Part shown: positions 55,943 to 64,000 of the stretch, piece by piece | Numbering within the stretch: position 1 is the stretch's first letter | How the letters are laid out: each line of letters begins with the position of its first letter | DNA from: Candidatus Kaiserbacteria bacterium | GTDB taxonomy: Bacteria; Patescibacteriota; Minisyncoccia; Phycocordibacterales; UBA2100 | Direction of reading: 5' to 3' | Assembly (NCBI GenBank): GCA_016186695.1 | Contig: JACPLC010000001.1 | Coordinates: forward strand, 32,284 to 96,283 | Length of the DNA stretch: 64,000 nt | Notes under the pieces: generated by a model | Told to the model about the DNA's origin: nothing | The model's input: the letters and a program-made list of their open reading frames with translations, nothing else | Databases searched by the model: none | Position numbers and translations under genes: made by a program

Positions 55943-57334
55943 TCACTCTGCCCATTCGTCGTATTCACCTTCAACGGGGACAGGTCTTCCGAATGGTCGC
56001 AGGTATGCGAGTACACGAAGAAGCGTGTCCTTCATGGTTGCGAGTGTTCGCTGGAGGGCAGAGAGTTGCTGCGGCTGATACTCGGCTTGGCCATAACGGA
56101 GGTCGCCTGAAACAAATGTTTGTTGCGAGGCTGGCGGCATGTATGGGCTGCCGCCTTGTACCTTTGTGCTCGCCGGATTGCTTTCGTCTTGAAGTGTCGC
56201 AATATCTTCCCCACTGATGGCGAGTTCGAATAAGAGGTCGCTTACGGTGCCCGATGGCGTGGAGGTTGGTTCTGCAATGAGTCCGATTTGGTCGATCGCC
56301 GAGAGTGCGCCCGTGGTCGTCGAGGCGCAGGTATTACTTGAAGCAGAGCAGCCCGCTGGACACTTTTGGTATACTTGATCAACACACGTGCTGCTGCGGT
56401 AATAGTAGGTGCTGTTCGAACAATAGAACTGCGGCGGACACGTGCCTGCCGCATAGGGTGTCGTGTTTTGCATGCCGAGCTGCGGTGGTTGCTGGAGCTG
56501 CGGCTGCTGACCTTGTGCAAGTGGTTGTTGGGCTCCTCTGTTTGCAATTGAAGAACACGGGACTTGCCCGCCACCCGGGAGCGGGCACATCTGTTCTTGT
56601 TGCGGACTCAGCATGTTGCGCACCTGCTGACCCAGGCCGAGCGGCGTTGCGGCGCCGCCCATGTCTTGGGGCGAAAAATTTGGGTCAAAACAATTTGTTA
56701 AAGGTACACTTCCACATGTTGACTTTCTGCGTGCACGGCTGTGCGAAAGGGGAACAAAGTGTACTTGGTCTCTGGACCTAAGATAGAAATCGATTCCAAA
56801 CTGGCAGCCGTTATTCCATAACCACGGGTAGTTATTACTGTTTACGTCAATCGCTATGCCGCGAGGGTGCTCGCATTGAGCTCCATGCGTACAAGCAATT
56901 CCACCGCCATTTAAATAACTTCTCGCATATTGATTTTGTTTTTGGGGAGTCCGATAACCTTCGTTGATACATAGTGATATTCCGTTTTGCTGCGCGAATC
57001 TCAGAAACTTCGCTGCACACGATGCAAACTCTGGGTTGAGTTCTCTGATAGTTGTGTCTGGTCCAGCACCTCCGTAGTCTCCGCCGTTGGGACAAAGAAT
57101 ACTTCTCAAGTACTGTTTCGCCTGGCCACTGTCCAGAACAGCTGTTTTAAAATCACTCGGGCATCCCTTTACTCCTGCCGGAGCACCCGCTGAAACCTCG
57201 GCCGATGTTGGCAGTCGAGGATTATCACATGGGAGGCCATCTGTATCCGCAATTGAGAAGTGTGCATAGGAAACAATAACTGCAAACAAAAACCCCGCTC
57301 CAGCGACCAGAACTCCACGGGATTTTGAATACAT
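55943..57334 (-). CDS. Secreted LAS/M15-family (VanY-like D,D-carboxypeptidase) metallopeptidase with a Gln/Pro-rich low-complexity C-terminal half
   Basis: Signal peptide, GYRTPQKQNQY (VanY SxxYRSxxxQ motif), HPRGIAIDV and a DQVHF His motif. Confidence 0.6.
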   Translation of the reverse strand: MYSKSRGVLVAGAGFLFAVIVSYAHFSIADTDGLPCDNPRLPTSAEVSAGAPAGVKGCPSDFKTAVLDSGQAKQYLRSILCPNGGDYGGAGPDTTIRELNPEFASCAAKFLRFAQQNGISLCINEGYRTPQKQNQYARSYLNGGGIACTHGAQCEHPRGIAIDVNSNNYPWLWNNGCQFGIDFYLRSRDQVHFVPLSHSRARRKSTCGSVPLTNCFDPNFSPQDMGGAATPLGLGQQVRNMLSPQQEQMCPLPGGGQVPCSSIANRGAQQPLAQGQQPQLQQPPQLGMQNTTPYAAGTCPPQFYCSNSTYYYRSSTCVDQVYQKCPAGCSASSNTCASTTTGALSAIDQIGLIAEPTSTPSGTVSDLLFELAISGEDIATLQDESNPASTKVQGGSPYMPPASQQTFVSGDLRYGQAEYQPQQLSALQRTLATMKDTLLRVLAYLRPFGRPVPVEGEYDEWAE

Positions 57335-57388
57335 AATGTCAAGTATACCGAAGAAAAGTCTATCGATTTTTTGACTTGTGGACGCGGT

Positions 57389-58213
57389 TTACGGAAGACT
57401 CTCGCAGACCTTTCCGTCGCCGTCAGCGTCGAGTTTGTGGATGTCGTTCCCGCTGCCACCGCACGATTCGAATGCTGTTTGTGCCTCTGCCTGTGTCGCG
57501 AAGTCGCCGCAATTGTACGCGTTTCTTGAGCATTCATATTGAGCGTTTGGAGTCGTGTTACTGAAAACTGACACCTGACCACTGACACCTGATTCAGTGC
57601 ACGCGTCATCGGCCCAGAGGCCACGTTTCTCGAGACGCGCCTTGTCTTCTGCCGTCTTGAAATCCGCCTGATATTTGTATGGGAGATTGTAGGTATATTC
57701 ATGCCCGTAACCTTCGACGATGAGATACTCTGCAACATTCATGCCACTTGAGAGGAAGGCGTAGGCGAGAAGTCTGCCGTACTTGTCCAATTCTCCTTGC
57801 GTTGGATCGGTTTCGAGCCGCACCGATGAGCTCGCCATAATTTGTTTCGCCTTCTTGGACGCTTCTTTCCCAAAGCACTGCACCGGCTTTCGCGGATCGA
57901 CGGTTTCCGGCGTATCGAGTCCGATGAGCCGTACGGTCACGTTTTTTCCATCTTTCAAAATAGCGAACGTGTCGCCGTCGATAACTTTTGCGACCGGATA
58001 CCACCGGTATTCCGAACTGTCCGTTGTGGATGTAGTAGTTGCTGTTTCGAGCAGGGGAGTCGGAGTTTCGCTGGCGCGCTCCGGCACATTAGACGTGGCT
58101 CCAAAGTAAAACCCGAGTGCAAATGCGACGATGAGTCCGGCGAGAATAAAAGCAGGTACTCTCATCCCGACATTGTAGCGAAAGAGCTTCGGCGGTACTA
58201 TGCCTGTACACAC
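57389..58213 (-). CDS. Secreted thermonuclease (SNase-like) with a C-terminal Excalibur Ca-binding domain
   Basis: N-terminal TM anchor, then SNase fold (VIDGDTF...RLIGLDTPE...LVEGYG), then the Excalibur sequence DADGDGKVCE. Confidence 0.8.
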   Translation of the reverse strand: MCTGIVPPKLFRYNVGMRVPAFILAGLIVAFALGFYFGATSNVPERASETPTPLLETATTTSTTDSSEYRWYPVAKVIDGDTFAILKDGKNVTVRLIGLDTPETVDPRKPVQCFGKEASKKAKQIMASSSVRLETDPTQGELDKYGRLLAYAFLSSGMNVAEYLIVEGYGHEYTYNLPYKYQADFKTAEDKARLEKRGLWADDACTESGVSGQVSVFSNTTPNAQYECSRNAYNCGDFATQAEAQTAFESCGGSGNDIHKLDADGDGKVCESLP

Positions 58214-58289
58214 GAAATGGCATGGGAACGAACCCTATAAAATATGATATTGATGGTATCTCGATGCGCGCTGAGCGTAGAATGCGTTT

Positions 58290-58775
58290 TTGCCTGTTGC
58301 GAGAGCAACAATGCCATTTCGTGTGACAGGTATGACGCGAATGGCAGAACTCGTTCGTCTTGAAACCGCGGATGAAGGGACTCTTCGCGATATCAATGCT
58401 CTGTTGAAAGAACTTTCACAGTCGCCCGAAAAGAGAGAATGTTCGCTTGAGTTGTTGCAGATGATTACGAAAAGCCCGGAATCAGAATTATGGACGGTGC
58501 AAGAGTCTGGCTCGATACTTGGCATGGCAACGCTCGTGGTCGTCATGAAGCCGGGAGGAATTACGGCACGCGTAGAAGATGTTGTCGTGCACGAGAACGT
58601 GCGGGGGAAAGGGTTTGGGCGGATGCTCATGGAAAAGGTAATCGAGCGAGCGCGCGCGCGAGGTGCCACGATGGCACAGCTCAACAGTCGTCCTTCTCGT
58701 GGAGCAGCCAATGCGCTCTACCAGAAACTCGGTTTCAAGAAACACGAAACGAATTCGTATTACCTGAACCTCTAA
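58290..58775 (+). CDS. GNAT-family N-acetyltransferase
   Basis: Acetyl-CoA-binding motif VRGKGFGRMLME. Confidence 0.75.
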   Translation: MPVARATMPFRVTGMTRMAELVRLETADEGTLRDINALLKELSQSPEKRECSLELLQMITKSPESELWTVQESGSILGMATLVVVMKPGGITARVEDVVVHENVRGKGFGRMLMEKVIERARARGATMAQLNSRPSRGAANALYQKLGFKKHETNSYYLNL

Positions 58776-58839
58776 AAAGCGGGGCGCGCCGGAGAACAAC
58801 TCTCCGCCGCGCCCTCGAATGTCGCAGTCTTTGTTGGCC

Positions 58840-59169
58840 TCAGTTGGCTGGAGCACTAATTGTGTCGAGCCCCTTGAGTCTTTCGACCGCGTTTGCGAGT
58901 CGGTTATCGGCCTCGTAGTGACTCTTCGGAAATCGATCGCGTGCATCGCGTAATTCTCGTGTTACCGCTTGCGTCTCACCGGGGAATATCCCGCCGGTGG
59001 TGATATTAACGGTCTCTACAAGCCGGCAAAGAGCACAGAAATCGGATGGGGTCTCCATTTTGAAATAGGGATTAGCTTGTCCGAAAAGACGCGCCACAGC
59101 TAACATTTTCATGGAATTGCTCCCTAGCTTTGTGCGGCAGCAGTACACCACGTACTGCGCTTTAACCAC
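58840..59169 (-). CDS. Hypothetical protein
   Basis: ORF only. Confidence 0.3.
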   Translation of the reverse strand: MVKAQYVVYCCRTKLGSNSMKMLAVARLFGQANPYFKMETPSDFCALCRLVETVNITTGGIFPGETQAVTRELRDARDRFPKSHYEADNRLANAVERLKGLDTISAPAN

Positions 59170-59237
59170 TATCTATTGTCTCAAACAGAGAGTCAACGCG
59201 TGACCGCGAGATTCTTATCGCGTACGATGAGTATTTC

Positions 59238-60668
59238 ATGCGATACGTTTCGACCCGGGGAAAGGTAGAGCCGTTCGACTTCGCTCACGACAAGCCGAAG
59301 GGGTTTTCGGAGATTTTGCTTGAAGGGCTTGCGGCCGATGGGGGTTTGTACGTACCGGAAGCATACCCGCAGGTTTATGCAGATGAACTTACCGCGATGC
59401 GCAGGATGACATATCCGGAGCTTGCGTTCGCGATACTCTCGAAATATGCGGACGATATTCTGGCAGACGATTTGCGAAGCATCGTGAACGAGACGTATAC
59501 GAAAGAAAACTTTGGAAGTGAAGAGGTTGCTCCGATAAAAAAGCTTGAAGAGAATTTTTATCTCCTTGATCTTTGCCAAGGTTCCACGCTCGCGTTCAAA
59601 GATATGGCGCTGCAATTTCTCGGACGCTTGTTCGAGTATGCGCTTGAGAAAAAAAAAGAAACGCTGAATATCCTCGGCGCAACATCAGGTGACACAGGCT
59701 CTTCGGCTGAATATGCGATGAGCGGGAGACGCGGCATGAATGTTTTCATGCTTTCACCGCTCGGGCGTACGAGCGAGTTCCAGCGCAGGCAGATGTATAC
59801 ACTGCAGGACAAAAATATTTTCAACGTCGCCATCCGCGGCACGTTCGACGATTGTCAGGACATAGTGAAGCAGATAAACGGGGACGCGGAATTCAAAAAG
59901 AAATATCACCTCGGCGCGGTGAATTCGATCAATTGGGCGCGGATCGCCGGGCAAGTCGTCTACTATTTCTGGGGGTACTTTAAAGCCACGAAGACGAACA
60001 GCGAGTCAGTTTCGTTCTCTGTGCCGACGGGAAACTTCGGCAACATCCTCGCAGGGTATGTCGCAAAACGCATGGGATTGCCGATTAAACATCTGATTCT
60101 TGCGACCAATGAAAACAACGTGCTCGAAGAGTTTTTCAAAACTGGTTTGTATCGCCCAAGAATCGGGAAGGAAGTGCATGCAACCTCGAGTCCTTCGATG
60201 GACATTTCCAAGGCTTCGAATTTCGAGCGGTATGTGTTCGATTTCGTCGGTTGTGACGCGAAGCGCATTTCGGAGCTTTGGGGGAATTTGAACAAAAAGG
60301 GCTCATTTGAGATTTCCAATAGTGAACGCACACATATCAGTGAAGATGGATTTATCGCCGGTTCAAGCACGCATGCGAATCGGCTTGCGACAATTCGTTC
60401 TATCTTAGAGAAGTACAATGTTCTTATTGATCCGCACACGGCCGACGGTGTAAAAGTAGGACTCGAACACCGCGAAAGAGAAGTTCCTCTTGTGTGTCTC
60501 GAAACTGCGCAGCCTGTGAAATTTGCCGCAACCATCCGCGAGGCCACAGGCCAAGAGACAACGGTGCCCACGCGCTTTGAGAAGTTTCGTGATTTGCCGG
60601 AACGATTTACCGCTCTTGATCCAAATACCAATGAAATCAAGGCCTTTATTGCCTCGGCGCTTCATTGA
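59238..60668 (+). CDS. thrC: Threonine synthase (long eukaryote/archaeal-like form)
   Basis: MRYVSTRG N-terminus, PLP-Lys sequence FKDMALQ, 476 aa. Confidence 0.9.
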   Translation: MRYVSTRGKVEPFDFAHDKPKGFSEILLEGLAADGGLYVPEAYPQVYADELTAMRRMTYPELAFAILSKYADDILADDLRSIVNETYTKENFGSEEVAPIKKLEENFYLLDLCQGSTLAFKDMALQFLGRLFEYALEKKKETLNILGATSGDTGSSAEYAMSGRRGMNVFMLSPLGRTSEFQRRQMYTLQDKNIFNVAIRGTFDDCQDIVKQINGDAEFKKKYHLGAVNSINWARIAGQVVYYFWGYFKATKTNSESVSFSVPTGNFGNILAGYVAKRMGLPIKHLILATNENNVLEEFFKTGLYRPRIGKEVHATSSPSMDISKASNFERYVFDFVGCDAKRISELWGNLNKKGSFEISNSERTHISEDGFIAGSSTHANRLATIRSILEKYNVLIDPHTADGVKVGLEHREREVPLVCLETAQPVKFAATIREATGQETTVPTRFEKFRDLPERFTALDPNTNEIKAFIASALH

Positions 60669-60713
60669 CCCCTCCACATATTTGTGGCCTAGACAGGTGC
60701 TCGACCTTGCTCT

Positions 60714-61409
60714 TTGTATAATCAAACTATGAATAAAGCGGTTGTCATCGCGGCTCTTCTTGTAGTGCTTGGGGGCGGCTATGCGCTTTATAAAGGATTA
60801 ACGCGACTGCCGGCTGTTTCGAATATCCTGCCCGGGGTCCAAGTCGCGACTGCGACGGAGCGTGAGGATACGGATACGTTCACCGTTGATGCAAAGTATC
60901 CACAGTTCGGGATCGCTTCGATCGACGCGGATATTAAAGCAACTGTTGAAGGTGCGGTAACAGAATTCAAAAATGACACGGCCGCAGGTCCGCCTCCTCC
61001 TGATTCGGCAGTCACGCAGTATGAGTTTCAAAGCATGTTTGATTTAGCATACGTCGGCGCGGATGTGGTAAGTGCTAAGCTCGTCGTCTCGACGTACATG
61101 GGAGGAGCACATTCCAACGCAGCCATCTATGGACTGAATTACAATCGGGAAACGGGGAATAGACTTACGCTCGACGACGCGCTTTCGATGGTCGGTCTCT
61201 CACTCGAGGAAGTCGCAGAGAGAGCGAAGACAGAGCTTAATGCCAAACTCGGTACCGACATTATTTCCCCAGAAGGCGCAGACCCGACACCGGAGAATTA
61301 CAGCACATTCATTGTGAGTCCAGACCAGGTAACCTTTATCTTTCAGGTATATCAAATTGCGCCATACGCTGCCGGTCCGCAGGAAGTTTCGTTTGCACGA
61401 GTTGAGTAA
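60714..61409 (+). CDS. Membrane-anchored DUF3298/DUF4163 (RsiV/PdaC-like) domain protein
   Basis: N-terminal TM helix. Family-typical YMGGAHSNAAIYGLNYNRETGNRLTLDD sequence. Confidence 0.55.
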   Translation: MYNQTMNKAVVIAALLVVLGGGYALYKGLTRLPAVSNILPGVQVATATEREDTDTFTVDAKYPQFGIASIDADIKATVEGAVTEFKNDTAAGPPPPDSAVTQYEFQSMFDLAYVGADVVSAKLVVSTYMGGAHSNAAIYGLNYNRETGNRLTLDDALSMVGLSLEEVAERAKTELNAKLGTDIISPEGADPTPENYSTFIVSPDQVTFIFQVYQIAPYAAGPQEVSFARVE

Positions 61410-61730
61410 AAAAAGTTCACCTTTTCTTCATGTGAAATGGGTAGTGTCAGAACATATGAGACACAAGCTTCACATTCGTGCATTTTTCAGAAAAGATTCA
61501 GAGCATAGGCAGGCAAAAGTCTACGATCCTCCAGTGGAACCTGATCGCGTGTTGGATACCGAGCACAATGAGATTGTGCCGCCCGAGGGGCTCTCGAGAA
61601 AGCCACTAAAGAAAAGGTTGTTTCGAGCGATGATCAAGGGTTGGAAGTCCTTCACCCCGTATTCGTGACACCTCGGTTGTTTAGGTGAGATGCGGGAAGA
61701 AGGTTAGAACCTATGAATAAAGAAATGAGT

Positions 61731-61766
61731 GGGCGCGACCGAAGCCGCGCCCAAATTTGTTTTGTT
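61731..61766 (+). terminator. Hairpin gggcgcg-accgaagcc-gcgccc followed by TTTGTTTTGTT
   Basis: Read from the sequence. It sits next to the cfa stop. Confidence 0.45.
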
Positions 61767-62884
61767 CAAAGCGGCAATCTAACCGCTTTGTATGTTGATC
61801 GAAGATCCGAAGGTGAAAAGACGATCTGTCCGACCGTCATTCGCTTCGAGCGGAAACCACCCGCACACGCGTTGAAGAGGTACTCGTACTTGCGGTACTC
61901 CTCCAGCCCGTACTTGGCGATGATAGCTGCACGATTTTTGCGCAGATTTTCATACCAAGCCATGAGCGTCTTGTCGTAGTCCTCGCCGAAGTACTCCTCG
62001 TCGAGAATATAGAGTACACCCTCGGCGTCTCGACGCAGGCGCCCCAACTCGACGAACATACCGCCAGACCAAATGTACTTGTCGGTCCACGGATCTCGCG
62101 TCGCTCTTCTAGTGAGGTCGACGATGCCTTGCAGGACAAACAGTCCGTCTGGAGGAAGCACGTCTCGCACTTTTTCAAGGTACTCACGGTAGTGTCTCCG
62201 TCCGACGTGCTCGATCATGCCTATCGAAATGACCCGGTCGAACTTCTCATCGAGGTCGTGGTAGTCCTGGCGGCGGAATTCAACAGGCAAATAACCATAG
62301 GTCTTACGGGCATGAGCTAGTTGCTCCTCTGCAACGTTGATTCCGACCCCTCTCACTCCGAAGTTCTCTGCCGCGTAAGCCAAGGTGCCGCCCCATCCGC
62401 ACCCAATGTCGAGAAGGCGTTGTCCCTGTTGCAGTTGTGCCTTGCGACACACGAGGTGCATTTTCTGCACTTCTGCATCGTCCACGGTCGACACTCCGTC
62501 CCATCGCAGACACGTGTAGTTGTTGTGTTTGCCAAGGAACGTGAAGAAGAAGTTGCGGTCGAGGTCGTAGTGCGATTCAGCGCCACGACGAGAGTAGATC
62601 TTGCTCCGCAAGCCCATGAGTGCCTCACGAAGCTTGATACGCCACACTCCTGCACGCGGCATCAGATCTGTGAGGCCTGAGCCGAGGAATTTGCAAAAGA
62701 ACATGTCGAGTCGTTCGCAGCCCCACCATCTCTCGACGTAGGATTCCCCAAGTCCGATGGAGCCCTTCAGCATAAAGCGAAGATAGAATCGCTCGTCGTG
62801 AATTTGCGGATCCCATGGATTGGGACCATTGCACTCGATTCCAGCCCCCCGAAGGAAATGCTGGACGACGTGCTTTGCCATCAT
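61766..62884 (-). CDS. cfa: Cyclopropane-fatty-acyl-phospholipid synthase-family SAM-dependent methyltransferase
   Basis: SAM motif LDIGCGWGG and Cfa-family flanking sequence, 372 aa. Confidence 0.85.
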   Translation of the reverse strand: MMAKHVVQHFLRGAGIECNGPNPWDPQIHDERFYLRFMLKGSIGLGESYVERWWGCERLDMFFCKFLGSGLTDLMPRAGVWRIKLREALMGLRSKIYSRRGAESHYDLDRNFFFTFLGKHNNYTCLRWDGVSTVDDAEVQKMHLVCRKAQLQQGQRLLDIGCGWGGTLAYAAENFGVRGVGINVAEEQLAHARKTYGYLPVEFRRQDYHDLDEKFDRVISIGMIEHVGRRHYREYLEKVRDVLPPDGLFVLQGIVDLTRRATRDPWTDKYIWSGGMFVELGRLRRDAEGVLYILDEEYFGEDYDKTLMAWYENLRKNRAAIIAKYGLEEYRKYEYLFNACAGGFRSKRMTVGQIVFSPSDLRSTYKAVRLPL

Positions 62885-63003
62885 GGCAACCTCCTGGGTT
62901 GAAGCCGGATACTATTGTCCGAACAGAGCATATCACGCTACACAAAAAACAATCCAATCTCCAGCTCTTTCAAAAGTTCTGTACCGTTCTATGTCGGTAC
63001 CTG

Positions 63004-63243
63004 CTAGAGAAGATGTTTGCGAGCGAACGCAAAACCGGAGCCTTGTTTTAAGTATTTTTCGAACTTGAGAGCCAGTTGTTTAGTCGGAAAGGCACAAAAC
63101 CATTTCAGTACGTAGGGACGTTTCGAATTAGAATATTTTGCTTTGCCACTGTTATGCTCAGCAACACGTTGTTTGACGTTCTCGGTTGAGCCAACGTAAA
63201 GGCTCTCGTCCTTCCTACTTTGTAAGATGTAAACGAAGTACAT
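63004..63243 (-). CDS. GIY-YIG nuclease-superfamily small protein (UPF0213/YhbQ-like)
   Basis: MYFVYILQSRKDESLYVGSTENVKQRVAEHN is the GIY-YIG signature. Confidence 0.75.
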   Translation of the reverse strand: MYFVYILQSRKDESLYVGSTENVKQRVAEHNSGKAKYSNSKRPYVLKWFCAFPTKQLALKFEKYLKQGSGFAFARKHLL

Positions 63244-63407
63244 TCGTGAATTATAGCTCTGCTTCGCATAAAGCTTCGCAGAACAGGTCCTACTTCGCTC
63301 CTGACGGAGCTACGAAGGACACTGCTTCGTTGCAAACAAAAATAGCTACCCTATGTCGAGCAGCTATTGTTGTGCCAGTGCTTGCACTGCGAAGCCTTGG
63401 CGAAGCA

Positions 63408-63765
63408 GTGGAGGTGGGGGGAATTGAACCCCCGTCCAGAGAAAAACAGTATGTATGCTTCTACGATGCGTAGATCATCTTGAGGTTTAAATAGCGCGCG
63501 TAAAAGATGAACCAAATCGCGCGATATCGAGTCCTTGTCTTAGATATCGTTTGGACATTCGACATCAGTGCTTGAGAGAAGTGACGCCCGACGGATTCTA
63601 CTCAAGCGTCGAATCCGTGGACGGCCTGTCGAGGCTGTTTTAAGCGTACGCAGGCGCAAATGCTACTTTGTTCGCATTTGAATTTGTGCAGCGAGTTTGG
63701 AAAGCGTGCTGCAGCTTTGCATGCACACACATATGTCGATTTCCCTGTCGAAGCCAGTCACCCCC
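63408..63765 (-). ncRNA. ssrA: tmRNA (ssrA), about 358 nt, with a G3:U70 acceptor stem, T-arm GGGGG-UUCAAUU-CCCCC and tag reading frame GCG-AAC-AAA-GUA-GCA-UUU-GCG-CCU-GCG-UAC-GCU-UAA (ANKVAFAPAYA). The CCA end is not encoded.
   Basis: The reverse complement of 63741-63765 gives GGGGGUGACUGGCUUCGACAGGG, the tmRNA 5' consensus. The 3' end GGACGGGGGUUCAAUUCCCCCCACCUCCA is the tRNA-Ala-like end. smpB lies immediately upstream on the same strand. Confidence 0.85.
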
Positions 63766-63807
63766 GAAAAGCGCACTTCACTTCGCTTTTCACGAACGGC
63801 TGACCTC

Positions 63808-64000
63808 TCAATATTTCTTTTTCAACGTGCGTTCGATCCGGCGTTTCTCCTCGCGGGCCCGTATCGTATGACGTTTGTCTTCTTTTTTCTTTCCGCGGGC
63901 TATCGCGATCGCAAGCTTCAGTAGTCGCCCGCGATTGTACACCGAAATTGGCACGATTGTCAAGCCTTTTTCTCTCTCCGCAGAGGCGATACGGGCAATT
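63808..64000 (-). CDS. smpB: SsrA-binding protein SmpB (only the C-terminal 63 aa fall inside the window)
   Basis: Minus-strand translation ...GLTIVPISVYNRGRLLKLAIAIARGKKKEDKRHTIRAREEKRRIERTLKKKY* matches the SmpB C-terminus. Confidence 0.8.
   Translation of the reverse strand, partial: IARIASAEREKGLTIVPISVYNRGRLLKLAIAIARGKKKEDKRHTIRAREEKRRIERTLKKKY

Noticed and set aside
61357-61668. 103-aa basic ORF overlapping the DUF3298 gene 3' end
   Set aside because: It may be real in a shorter form (from Met 61456, before the terminator at 61731), but it has no motif and an unusual His/Arg-rich composition, so I left it uncalled.

Overview
This 64 kb window has roughly 58% GC and carries a large core translation-gene neighbourhood. 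The str operon is present as rpsL-rpsG-[inserts]-fusA-[inserts]-tuf, with rpsJ detached. Further on, a near-complete S10/spc ribosomal-protein block (rplC through rplO, secY, gmk, adk, map) runs directly into purD. At the 3' end an rplT-rpmI-infC cluster and a tmRNA plus smpB lie on the minus strand. The organism looks like a reduced-genome, probably Candidate Phyla Radiation (Patescibacteria)-type bacterium. The reasons are that no L30 gene sits between rpsE and rplO, many ribosomal proteins carry Lys/Ala-rich extensions, and the accessory genes fit DNA uptake and scavenging (a split ComEC, an SNase+Excalibur nuclease, RecJ, TrmB). Secreted surface-protein genes are spliced between the conserved translation genes. 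The most striking of these are two paralogous proteins of about 1000-1100 aa that combine a signal peptide, a coiled coil and a peptidoglycan-binding domain. One of them also carries a tandem Cys-repeat module. The non-coding signals I consider most worth follow-up are:
- two roughly 150-nt inverted-repeat insertions inside the ribosomal-protein mRNA, each ending exactly on the ATG of rplV or rplO, whose inner stems differ between copies but stay complementary;
- a three-copy hairpin repeat family with compensatory changes;
- a four-copy GGGGAATTCGGC motif around a low-GC island.

fusA is interrupted by a frameshift of about 118 nt that removes the G5 box. I found no CRISPR array and no tRNA.
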